Positions 8,664-16,621 of a stretch of DNA of 27,122 nucleotides are shown here, in pieces. Position 1 is the stretch's first letter, and each line of letters begins with the position of its first letter. The stretch is from a virus (Duplodnaviria; Caudoviricetes). The notes beneath the pieces are model-generated. The model did not search any database. It was given only the letters and a program-made list of their open reading frames with translations, and was not told the origin of the DNA. The stretch spans positions 1 to 27,122 of IMG/VR virus record IMGVR_UViG_3300012231_000038; one strand, 5' to 3'. The translations under genes were made by a program, and so were the position numbers.

Positions 8664-11586
8664 CCGCCAGCCCAGGGCCAAGCGGGACCTCCGCAAGAAG
8701 CTCGGCCACGAAGCCAGGCTCCTCCCCGGGCTCGAGGCCGCGGCCAGGGAGCTCGCCCGGGAAGTAGCTCGCGTCACGGCTTCCTCTGGCAAGACTCTCC
8801 GCGCCGACCAGGTCGAGGCCATGGCCTACGACCTCGTCGCTCCCCTCCTGGGCCCCCACCACGAGCGGGTGATGCAGGACTTCGGGGCTGAGATCCGAGA
8901 GGGCCTCAGCGCGGATGCCGGGCCCTCGAGGGCCGAGGACCTGATCTTGACCGCCCTCCTCCTGGCGGTGGCGGCGGACAGGTCGGAGGCGCAGTCGCGC
9001 CGGGTCGCCAGGACCGCCAGCAAGGACGCCGTCGCGGCCGTGCAGGTGGCGGAGGCCGAGCGCGAGCGAGTCCGAGCCGAGGGCGGGTCGATGACGGCCT
9101 TCGAGGTCGGGTCGATCGCCGGCCAGGTGCTCGGCGCCCACTTGCTCGGCCGGGCTCCCACGATCGCGGCCTACGAGACCGAAGTGCCGGCGGAGTCCGC
9201 CCGGCTGATGGAGCTGGAGGTCATGACGGGCAGGACCCCGTCGGCGGTGGGCGGCGCCGGGCCCCCGCGCGAGGTCCAGAAGGAGTGGGTGACGCAGGGG
9301 GACAGCCGGGTCCGTCCCGCCCACCTGGCGGCGGACTCCGTCACCGTTTCGGCGTCGGAGCCGTTCTCGGTCGGCGGCGAGCTCCTCATGCACCCGGGAG
9401 ACTCGAGCCTCGGCGCGAGCCTGTCGAACCTGATCAACTGCCGCTGTAGTACATTCTACGACGTGGACGAGCTGGAGAGGCAGAGGGAAGAGGCCCTGAG
9501 GCTCCGCTGCCGGGAGGGCAAGGGCCTGGCCTGGGCCGTGGTGGGCATGATCGAGAGGAAGGCCCTCGGCGACTGCCCCCTCACCCCTACCGAGGCCACT
9601 CTCCAGCAAGAGCGACTCCAAGACGCGATCAAGAAGTCCGAGGAGTCGTTGGCTTCTACGGAAGTTCGGCTCAAGGCCGCCGAAGCCAGTCCGATCCCCG
9701 GCACGGCGAAGCTGAAGAACAGCCGGTCCAACCGGATCGCCAGCCTGAGGAACTCGGCGAAGAAGCAGCAGTCGGCGCTCGAAGCGATGCGAGCGGAGGC
9801 TGGAGTTCCGGATGTCGCGCCCGAGCATGGTAAGATCTTGATCGAGGGCGGCAAGCCCCGTACCATAGTCGACCTCGAGGAGGTGCTCGATGCCCAAGGA
9901 CAAGCTGGACCGCTTCCGCTGGGAGCCGGGGGACGTGGTGCTGGTGTCCGTCCCGCCGGAGCCCCCGCCGCCCCCGCTCCCGCCCCCGCCCAGGTAGCTC
10001 TTCCCGAGCTGAATCCTGGGGCTCGGTTTACCAGTCGAACGATCGGTCAGGAAGTCGACTTCCAGATCAGGAAGGACCTTTCCAACCCCGAGAAGGGGGC
10101 GATCCGGGCGTACACGAGCCTGAGCTACGACCGCATCAGGACTTACTTGAAGGCACCTGCCCAGACCTCGATTGGAACCCCCGTCCCGGCGATCACGACC
10201 AAGCCTCCGCCCCCGGCACCCTTGCCGCCCGAGGTACGATCTTCCTCCATGGTCGAAGCGATCGAGACCAAGTCCACGATCCATACGTCCGTGGCAGACG
10301 GCCACCGGCACGAGTGGTTCCTTCCCGAAGGCCCAGTCGCGGCGGGCGACTACCAGACGGGCGAGGCCGACGGCCACTTCCACTCCTTCACCGTCGCCGA
10401 GGACCTGGATCCGGGCGACGAGGTGGCCGTCACGACCGGGCTTCCGGTAGGCGAGGATGACGTCGAGCACCAGCACGAGCTCGTGATCAGGGCCGTGCCG
10501 TCGGCCCCGGAGAGCCGCTCCGCCACGGGGCGGATCATCGAGGTGAAGCAGCTCAGCCGGGAGGGCGTGAACCTGGGCATCATCCGTGGCTACGTCGCCA
10601 CGTGGGACGAGGACACGGGCGGCAAGTTCGGGGTCCCCGACCAGTTCGTCAAGGGGGCCTTCGCCAAGAGCATCGCCGAGCACCGGGCCCGAGGCAACCG
10701 CCCGATCCGCATGAAGGACGCGCACGGGAAGACCATCGGAGGCTTCCCGATCGAGACGGTCCGCGAGGACGAGGTCGGGCTCATGGCCGTGGGCGAGATC
10801 AACCTCGACACGCAGCTGGGCCGCGAGACGTACTCCCTCGCCCGGCAGGGTGTCCTCTCCGACCTGTCCGTGGGGTTCATCGCCAGGAAGGAGCGCTTCG
10901 CCGACGGCGGCCGCAAGCGCCTGATCGAGGAGGCAGACATCGTCGAGGGCAGCATCGTGGACGAGCCCGCCAACCGGGCCGCCAGGATCCTCGAGATCAA
11001 GGCCGTGGTCCCGTACCAGGACTTGCCGCTGGCGGACAGGGACCGAGCTTGGGACGCTGACCAGGCCCTCGGCAGGGTCCGCTCCTTCACCGGGTCGGAG
11101 GACGCGCCCTCGGCCGACTACCGGAAGGCGTTCCTCTGGCACGACTCCGCCGCTTCCGACGACTTCGGCTCCTACAAGCTGCCGATCGCCGACGTGGTCG
11201 GCGGCCGCCTGGTGGCCATTCCCAGGGGAGTCTTTGCCGCGGCAGGCGTCTTGAGCGGAGCCAGGGGCGGAGTCGACGTGCCGGCGACCGACAGGGCCGG
11301 GCTCATCCGCCACGTGGAGAGGTACTACTCCAAGATGGACATGGAGTCGCCCTTCAGCCGCGAGGAGCGCCAGTTCGTCGGCGCCGTGGAGGCGAAGTCC
11401 ATGACGGTCCGCGAGGTGGAGGAGAGCCTCTGCCGGTGCGGCGGCTACAGCAAGGGAGCGGCCAGGGTCCTTGCGGGGCGGATGGGTCCCCCGGAAGCGG
11501 TCGATGCCCCGTGCTACGATGGGGCAAAGACGAAGGCGATCTTGCAGGAACTGCACGACGCCTTGGAGTCGCTGCGGCGGAGCTGA
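8653..11586 (+). CDS. Composite ORF: MuF-like minor head domain, linker with ART-like fragments, HxH domain, HK97 prohead protease and WD..YKLP domain
   Basis: MuF motifs KEWVTQGDSRVRPAH...HPGD...INCRC. Protease motifs GYVATWD, GAFAKSI, LSVGF and EGSIVDEPAN. A probable second start lies at 10249. Confidence 0.85.
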   Translation: MPTDRQPRAKRDLRKKLGHEARLLPGLEAAARELAREVARVTASSGKTLRADQVEAMAYDLVAPLLGPHHERVMQDFGAEIREGLSADAGPSRAEDLILTALLLAVAADRSEAQSRRVARTASKDAVAAVQVAEAERERVRAEGGSMTAFEVGSIAGQVLGAHLLGRAPTIAAYETEVPAESARLMELEVMTGRTPSAVGGAGPPREVQKEWVTQGDSRVRPAHLAADSVTVSASEPFSVGGELLMHPGDSSLGASLSNLINCRCSTFYDVDELERQREEALRLRCREGKGLAWAVVGMIERKALGDCPLTPTEATLQQERLQDAIKKSEESLASTEVRLKAAEASPIPGTAKLKNSRSNRIASLRNSAKKQQSALEAMRAEAGVPDVAPEHGKILIEGGKPRTIVDLEEVLDAQGQAGPLPLGAGGRGAGVRPAGAPAAPAPAPAQVALPELNPGARFTSRTIGQEVDFQIRKDLSNPEKGAIRAYTSLSYDRIRTYLKAPAQTSIGTPVPAITTKPPPPAPLPPEVRSSSMVEAIETKSTIHTSVADGHRHEWFLPEGPVAAGDYQTGEADGHFHSFTVAEDLDPGDEVAVTTGLPVGEDDVEHQHELVIRAVPSAPESRSATGRIIEVKQLSREGVNLGIIRGYVATWDEDTGGKFGVPDQFVKGAFAKSIAEHRARGNRPIRMKDAHGKTIGGFPIETVREDEVGLMAVGEINLDTQLGRETYSLARQGVLSDLSVGFIARKERFADGGRKRLIEEADIVEGSIVDEPANRAARILEIKAVVPYQDLPLADRDRAWDADQALGRVRSFTGSEDAPSADYRKAFLWHDSAASDDFGSYKLPIADVVGGRLVAIPRGVFAAAGVLSGARGGVDVPATDRAGLIRHVERYYSKMDMESPFSREERQFVGAVEAKSMTVREVEESLCRCGGYSKGAARVLAGRMGPPEAVDAPCYDGAKTKAILQELHDALESLRRS
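9890..9997 (+). CDS. Nested +1-frame micro-ORF (35 aa, MPKDKLDRFRWEPGDVVLVSVPP...)
   Basis: SD GAGGAGGTG at 9877-9885. Codons are GC3-rich in this frame but not in the host frame. TGnTAAGAT lies at 9828-9836. Confidence 0.55.
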   Translation: MPKDKLDRFRWEPGDVVLVSVPPEPPPPPLPPPPR

Positions 11587-11680
11587 GGGAATCGGCCCCC
11601 GCCCCGGAGGCGGCGAGACGCCGCAGCCAGGCGACGCGGGCATGAGACTCAAAAACCTCAACTTTGAAAGGGAAGGCACG

Positions 11681-12949
11681 ATGCCGGACATCACGCTGGA
11701 GCAGGTCGGCCAGGCCGTCGCAGAGCTCCGCAAGGAAGTCGAGAAGAAGGGCGTGGACGCCTCCAAGGTCGAGAAGATCCAGGCGTTCCTGGACTCCGCC
11801 GAGGAGAAGAACCAGGCGCTCACGCGGGCCACGGCCCTCGCCGAGGGCCACGCCTCCGAGATCAAGGAGCTGAAGGCCAGCCTCGAGGCCAAGGGCGTCG
11901 AGCACGGCAAGATGCGCGAGCAGGTGGACGCCCTCGAGCTCCACCTGGCGCGCGTTCGCGGCGCCGTTCCCGGCGCGGCGGCCGAGTACAAGGGGAGCCC
12001 CGAGTACAAGGCCCTGAATGCCTTCTGCGCGCGCGGGGCATCCGGCCTGTACAACGGCGAGATCGAGGTCAAGGCCCTCCGAACCGACTCCTCGGTCGAC
12101 GGCGGGTTCCTCGTCCCGAAGGAGATGGACACCGAGATCACCCGGAAGATCACGGAGATCGACCCCATCCGGTCGGTCGCCCGCGTTCGGTCGATCGGGG
12201 CGAAGTCCCTCGAGGTCCCGATCCGCAACACGATCCCGGTCGCCACGTACGAGGGCGAGGGGGACGCGGGCGCGGACAGCCAGTCCGGCTACTCGGCGGA
12301 GACCCTCACCCCGTTCCGCCAGACGTTCACGACTCCGGTGACCCAGGACCTGCTCCTGAACGCGGCCTTCGACATGGAGGCCGAGATGGCGCAGGACACC
12401 TCGGAGGCGTTCGCCTACGGGGAGGGCAACGGCTTCGTGGTCGGGACCGGCTTCAAGCAGCCGGCCGGCTTCGCGTCGAACGCCGTCCTCCAGGCGGCGG
12501 CCCGCAACTCCGGCCTCGCGGCCGCGATCACGCCGAACAGCGTGATCCTGCTCACGGGCGACCTGAAGGTCGGCTACCAGCCGGTCTACGTCCTGAACCG
12601 GCGAACCCTCGCCGTCCTCCGGACGTTCCGAGCGGACGCGGTCGCCGCGGCCGACGGCGCGGGCCTCTTCCTCTGGCAGCCCGGGATGAACGGCCCGGTC
12701 TCGAACACGATCAACGGCTTCCCGTACATCCTGGCGGACTCGATGCCGAACATCGCGGCGAACGCGTACGTCATCGCGTTCGGCGACTTCCGCCGGGGCT
12801 ACACGATCGTGGACCGGACCGGCATGTCGGTGATCCGCGACGAGGTGACCCAGAAGCGGAAGGCGATCGTGGAGTTCACGTGGCACCGCTGGAACACGGG
12901 TCAGGTCGTGCTCACCGAGGCGATCAAGCTGCTGAAGTGCTCGGTCTAG
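11681..12949 (+). CDS. Major capsid protein, HK97 fold with N-terminal delta domain
   Basis: Purine-rich SD, coiled-coil N-terminus, and motifs DGGFLVPKE, F..G.G..QP.G and IAFGDFRRGYTIVDR. Confidence 0.96.
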   Translation: MPDITLEQVGQAVAELRKEVEKKGVDASKVEKIQAFLDSAEEKNQALTRATALAEGHASEIKELKASLEAKGVEHGKMREQVDALELHLARVRGAVPGAAAEYKGSPEYKALNAFCARGASGLYNGEIEVKALRTDSSVDGGFLVPKEMDTEITRKITEIDPIRSVARVRSIGAKSLEVPIRNTIPVATYEGEGDAGADSQSGYSAETLTPFRQTFTTPVTQDLLLNAAFDMEAEMAQDTSEAFAYGEGNGFVVGTGFKQPAGFASNAVLQAAARNSGLAAAITPNSVILLTGDLKVGYQPVYVLNRRTLAVLRTFRADAVAAADGAGLFLWQPGMNGPVSNTINGFPYILADSMPNIAANAYVIAFGDFRRGYTIVDRTGMSVIRDEVTQKRKAIVEFTWHRWNTGQVVLTEAIKLLKCSV

Positions 12950-12975
12950 GCAGCGGCGACGACAACAACTGATGC

Positions 12976-12999
12976 TCCCGGGGGCTGAGGCCCCCGGGA
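12976..12999 (+). promoter_or_regulatory. Perfect 10-bp hairpin after the capsid gene (mRNA stabiliser or attenuator)
   Basis: TCCCGGGGGC-TGAG-GCCCCCGGGA with no U-tract. Confidence 0.55.
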
Positions 13000-13016
13000 C
13001 GCGGAGAAAGAGAGTC

Positions 13017-13439
13017 ATGGAGTACGATCTCCACACGCAGGTCAAGATCGCGACGGTCATCACGCCGACCGCGGGCGCCGCCGCAGGCGCCAGCACCGTG
13101 GGGTCGATCATCGACTCCCTCGGGTTCGAGTCGTTCGAGTACATGATCCACTGCGGGACCATCACCACCGGGACCTTCTCGCTGACCCTGGAAGAGGCCG
13201 ACGACCTCGGCTTCACGGTCAACGTGCAGGCGGTTCCGGCGGCGAACCGCCTCGGCGTGGCCGTGACGTGGGTCGTGACGGACGACAACCAGGTCCGCCG
13301 GATCGGGATCATCGGGAAGAAGCGGTTCCAGCGGCTCACGCTGGTCGGGGCCTCGACCCCGGTCGGCGCGTTCAGCGCGGTCGCGATCCTCTCGAACCCG
13401 AAGTCCAAGGCGGTCCCGGACCAGTCGACGACCTCGTAG
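13017..13439 (+). CDS. Capsid-associated (decoration/cement-like) protein
   Basis: Follows the capsid gene. The pattern IDSLGFES...L.E.DD...IG.IG.KRF.RL is typical of small post-capsid beta proteins. Confidence 0.7.
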   Translation: MEYDLHTQVKIATVITPTAGAAAGASTVGSIIDSLGFESFEYMIHCGTITTGTFSLTLEEADDLGFTVNVQAVPAANRLGVAVTWVVTDDNQVRRIGIIGKKRFQRLTLVGASTPVGAFSAVAILSNPKSKAVPDQSTTS

Positions 13440-13551
13440 CCCGAGACGAGGGAGGCGAGAGCAGCGCTCTCCGTGGGGACGGTACAGGTCGTGCCTGGAT
13501 AAGCAGGCGCGCGCGTCTCGCCTCCCTCCTCGGGCTCCTTTTTGAAAGGGG
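13438..13551 (+). other. Long branched stem-loop (candidate structured RNA element)
   Basis: 13438-45 pairs with 13529-36 and 13448-60 pairs with 13516-28, enclosing inner hairpins. It is followed by the CTCCTTT-TTG-AAAGGGG hairpin. Confidence 0.55.
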
Positions 13552-13556
13552 CCTCC

Positions 13557-14054
13557 TTGAAGAAGCTCGCCCTGACCGTCCTCTGGCTCGTGGCGGCTCC
13601 GGCCGCGGCTCAGGCTCCGAAAGTCCCCGGAGCGTGCGTCAACGTGCAGGCGGCCGCCGTCGCCGGCCGCTTCTCGGGGATGGACCTCCAGGCATTCACT
13701 CCCAGCTTCGGCGGCCTGGGGATCATCATCAACCGGATCGACGTGTCCGACCCGGCGACTTACGCGATCCGGACCAGCGCGGCTCAGATCCTCGACCAGA
13801 ACTTCGCGACGATCACGCCCTTCACCTTCCCGTGGGGGAGTCCCCTCAGCTTCGGGATCTTGGAAACGGTTCGCGAGGGAACTGCCGGGGCGGCCGCGGG
13901 AGAGGGAGCCTTCGTCTTCGTGGGAAATGGGACCACGCTGCCCAGGCAGGGGATCGCACCATTCTTCCTGCCCGCTGGGAGCTTCTTGACCGTCACGCAC
14001 CAAGTGGCGAACACGGCCACGTCGATCACCGTCTGCTTTACCAGCCTGAGGTAG
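13557..14054 (+). CDS. Secreted beta-rich protein, paralog A
   Basis: TTG start after AAAGGGG and signal peptide MKKLALTVLWLVAAPAAA|Q. Confidence 0.75.
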   Translation: MKKLALTVLWLVAAPAAAQAPKVPGACVNVQAAAVAGRFSGMDLQAFTPSFGGLGIIINRIDVSDPATYAIRTSAAQILDQNFATITPFTFPWGSPLSFGILETVREGTAGAAAGEGAFVFVGNGTTLPRQGIAPFFLPAGSFLTVTHQVANTATSITVCFTSLR

Positions 14055-14063
14055 GATCTCATC

Positions 14064-14543
14064 ATGCGCCACGCCCTCCTCGCCTTCTTCGCCTTCCTCG
14101 CCTTCGCCGCGCCCGCCATGGCACAGACTCCCCGGATGCGGGGCGCCTGCACCTACGTCAGCATCGCGGGAGGTGCCGCCTTCGGCGGCATGGACGTGCA
14201 GGCCGCGTCCTCTGGCGCTGGAATCGTCATCAACGCCGTCCTGATCGGCACGTCTGGCGGAGTCTACGAGGCGCGCATCACCGGGTCGACGGTACTGACG
14301 GCGAGCCTCGCGACGAACACGCCCCTCTTCACGTTCGGGCAGGGAGCCCTCACCTCCGTGGTCCGCGAGGGCACGTCGCCCGGCGGCTTCGGGGAGGGAT
14401 CCTTCACCTTCGTCGGGTCCAGCACCACGATCGATTCCCTGCCCCCGGTCTTCGTCCCACCCGGGAGCTTCTTCACCCTTCAACGGACGGCGGCGGGCAC
14501 GACCCTCGACGCCACCGTCTGCTTCACGGAGGTCCCCTCGTGA
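14064..14543 (+). CDS. Secreted beta-rich protein, paralog B
   Basis: Signal peptide MRHALLAFFAFLAFAAPAMA|Q. Shares GAC, GMD.QA, VREGT, GEG.F.FVG, P.GSF and TVCFT with paralog A. Confidence 0.8.
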   Translation: MRHALLAFFAFLAFAAPAMAQTPRMRGACTYVSIAGGAAFGGMDVQAASSGAGIVINAVLIGTSGGVYEARITGSTVLTASLATNTPLFTFGQGALTSVVREGTSPGGFGEGSFTFVGSSTTIDSLPPVFVPPGSFFTLQRTAAGTTLDATVCFTEVPS

Positions 14544-14845
14544 CCATGATCCGATTCCTCAAGGAGTGCCTCTGGTCCACGCCGCACCCGGGCGAGCCTC
14601 AGTTCTACGTGCGAGTCGGCGACGTGGTGGACCTCGCGAGCGTGACTCGCAGCCCCGAGCTCCTGGCATCGCAAGTCCTCGGCGGTGGGTTCCCCGGTCA
14701 TGCCGAGCTGGCCGAGCCCGTGGTCGTGGTCGAGACGGTCGTGCCGGTCGAGCCGGAGGTCGAGGTGAAGCCGGCCGAGCCGGACGACCTCGAGACGAAG
14801 CCCATGCTCCGCCGCAAGGCGCGGCCGGCTTCCGTGCTCGACTAG
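14540..14845 (+). CDS. Small head-associated hypothetical protein
   Basis: Coupled start, VGDVVDL, and a Pro/Glu-rich then basic tail. Typical of genes just before connectors. Confidence 0.65.
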   Translation: MTMIRFLKECLWSTPHPGEPQFYVRVGDVVDLASVTRSPELLASQVLGGGFPGHAELAEPVVVVETVVPVEPEVEVKPAEPDDLETKPMLRRKARPASVLD

Positions 14846-14855
14846 GAATCCAGCC

Positions 14856-15458
14856 GTGGCCCAGGCCTACGAGGACCAGGACCAGCTTTACTCGCTCACG
14901 ACTCCGGGGACGATCCCGGTCTCCCTGGCGACGGCGAAGTCCTGGCTCAAGGTCGACGCGGACGCCGATGACCAGCTCCTGACCTTGCTCCTCAAGGTCG
15001 CGACGGAGTACGCGGAGAGCTATACCCGACGCGACTTCCGGGCCAACACCTGGACCCTGCTTCAGGACGCCTTCGCCGATCGGATCCTCCTCCGCCGAGA
15101 CCCGGTCGCCTCGATCACGAGCGTCGGGCGCCTCGTCTCGGGCAGCTACTCGTCGGTCTCCGCGAGCGTGTACTACCTGAAGCGCGGCCAGCAGGCGTCG
15201 GAGGTGCTCCTCGTCTCGGGCGAGGACTGGCCGAGCGACGAGGACGACCGCGAGCACGCGATCCAGGTAGTCTTCGCCACGCAGGCCCATCGGTCCGTCG
15301 ACCAGGCCCGGCTGGGGATCCTCCGCCACGTCGCCTGGCTCTACGAGAACCGGGGCGACTGCGACCCCGCCAGCGGGGACGCCGGCGTGATCGGGCGCGG
15401 GGCCCTGCTCTCCGGGGCCACTTCCATCTACGACCAGTTCCGGGTCTCGAGGGTGTAG
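14856..15458 (+). CDS. Head-tail connector (HK97 gp6/phiE125 gp8-like)
   Basis: Pattern PVSLATAKSWLKVD..DDQLL..LL..A..YAE.YT.R and LYENRG. Confidence 0.9.
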   Translation: MAQAYEDQDQLYSLTTPGTIPVSLATAKSWLKVDADADDQLLTLLLKVATEYAESYTRRDFRANTWTLLQDAFADRILLRRDPVASITSVGRLVSGSYSSVSASVYYLKRGQQASEVLLVSGEDWPSDEDDREHAIQVVFATQAHRSVDQARLGILRHVAWLYENRGDCDPASGDAGVIGRGALLSGATSIYDQFRVSRV

Positions 15459-15460
15459 CC

Positions 15461-15850
15461 GTGGCCGACCCGATCGTCGTCTTCGACCGCGCGGACCGCC
15501 GTAAGGATCCTCGTCAACCGATCCTCGCCACGTACCGGACCATCTTCCTGTACTCCGTCAGCCCGCCGGTGGTGGACGCCCTCGGTGCGACCGTGGCCCC
15601 GACGCCCTCTTCGAGCCTATCCGCGGAGCAGGCGGACGTGCTCAGCGCCGGGGAGCGCGCCGGCCTCGATTCGGGAGCCCTCGCCTTCTCGGTGGAGGAG
15701 TTCGACCTGGCTCCTGGACAGCCTCTCACGGACCTCGTGGCCGAAGCCAAAGCGGCCTATCCCGGGCGGAAGCTCGAGGTCATCTCGCGGGCCAGGGATC
15801 GCTTCCTTCGGGTTGGTTTCCGCGTCGCGGTCGCCGGGGAATCGATCTGA
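15461..15850 (+). CDS. Hypothetical protein
   Basis: Tightly packed ORF with TGATG coupling to the next gene. Confidence 0.6.
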   Translation: MADPIVVFDRADRRKDPRQPILATYRTIFLYSVSPPVVDALGATVAPTPSSSLSAEQADVLSAGERAGLDSGALAFSVEEFDLAPGQPLTDLVAEAKAAYPGRKLEVISRARDRFLRVGFRVAVAGESI

Positions 15851-16191
15851 TGGGCTGGGGAGTGCTGGCATCTTCGGTCGTCGCGAACGGCGCGAACAGC
15901 GGGCGGTTCGACTTGCTCCCTGGAGAGTGGGCCCACGTCCAGGTCGAGTACACGTCCGCGACGACGGACCGCATGCTGGTGCGAGTCTTCTCCACGAACG
16001 AGGACAGCTCTGGCGTAGCGGAACTCGACACCGTCTCCCTTCAGGAGTTCCGCCTGTCGTTGGCGACTTCTATCTCCTTCCTCGTCTCTGACGTTCACGC
16101 CTTCGTGGTGGCGATCGACAACGACCAAGCGGCGCAGTCCCTGACGGCTACCGTCCGAGTCCGTAAGAGCGGCGTTGACTTGACGGCCTGA
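15850..16191 (+). CDS. Hypothetical beta-rich protein
   Basis: Coupled ORF with an alternating hydrophobic pattern. Confidence 0.6.
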   Translation: MGWGVLASSVVANGANSGRFDLLPGEWAHVQVEYTSATTDRMLVRVFSTNEDSSGVAELDTVSLQEFRLSLATSISFLVSDVHAFVVAIDNDQAAQSLTATVRVRKSGVDLTA

Positions 16192-16206
16192 GGTAGAATC
16201 CCCGAC

Positions 16207-16617
16207 ATGTCGAACGTGCGCGTGGCTGACGTGACCAGGAACAACCGCCTCAACGCGGTGCGGGACAGGATCGACTCGGGCCCTGGAGCCGGAGTCGTGG
16301 AGATCCGTTCCGGTACCCAGCCCGCGGACGCAGACGACGCGGCGGTCGGGACCCTCTTGGCGACCCTCACCCTGGCCGACCCTTCGGCGCCGAACGCCGC
16401 ATCCGGGGTCCTCACTTTCAACGCGATCACGGAGGACTCCTCGGCCGACGCTACTGGGACGGCGTCTTGGGGGCGCGTGAAGACGTCCGATGGAAACACC
16501 GTCTTTGACTGCGACGTCGGGACTTCCGGGACTACCATCGTCCTGAACACTGTCTCCATCGTCGTGGGGGGTCCGGTCCGCATCACGAGCTTCACCCTGA
16601 CCGACCCGACGGGATAG
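16207..16617 (+). CDS. Putative virion structural protein
   Basis: Pattern I.SGTQPA.AD....TLLATL...ATGTASW.R...VGTSG...ITSFT, common in phage structural regions. Confidence 0.75.
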   Translation: MSNVRVADVTRNNRLNAVRDRIDSGPGAGVVEIRSGTQPADADDAAVGTLLATLTLADPSAPNAASGVLTFNAITEDSSADATGTASWGRVKTSDGNTVFDCDVGTSGTTIVLNTVSIVVGGPVRITSFTLTDPTG

Positions 16618-16621
16618 GTAC

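Noticed and set aside
11599-11624. Alternative short hairpins upstream of the capsid gene
   Set aside because: Stems of 5-6 bp are expected by chance at this GC content.
8461-12246. 1261-aa minus-strand ORF, and other long antisense ORFs (5309-6712, 6541-7932, 11354-13408, 21534-23003)
   Set aside because: They are antisense shadows of GC3-rich + strand genes and carry no recognisable motifs.
13438-13536. Possible tRNA, given the branched shape
   Set aside because: There is no TTC-containing T-loop, D-loop consensus or 7-bp acceptor geometry. Kept only as a generic structured element.
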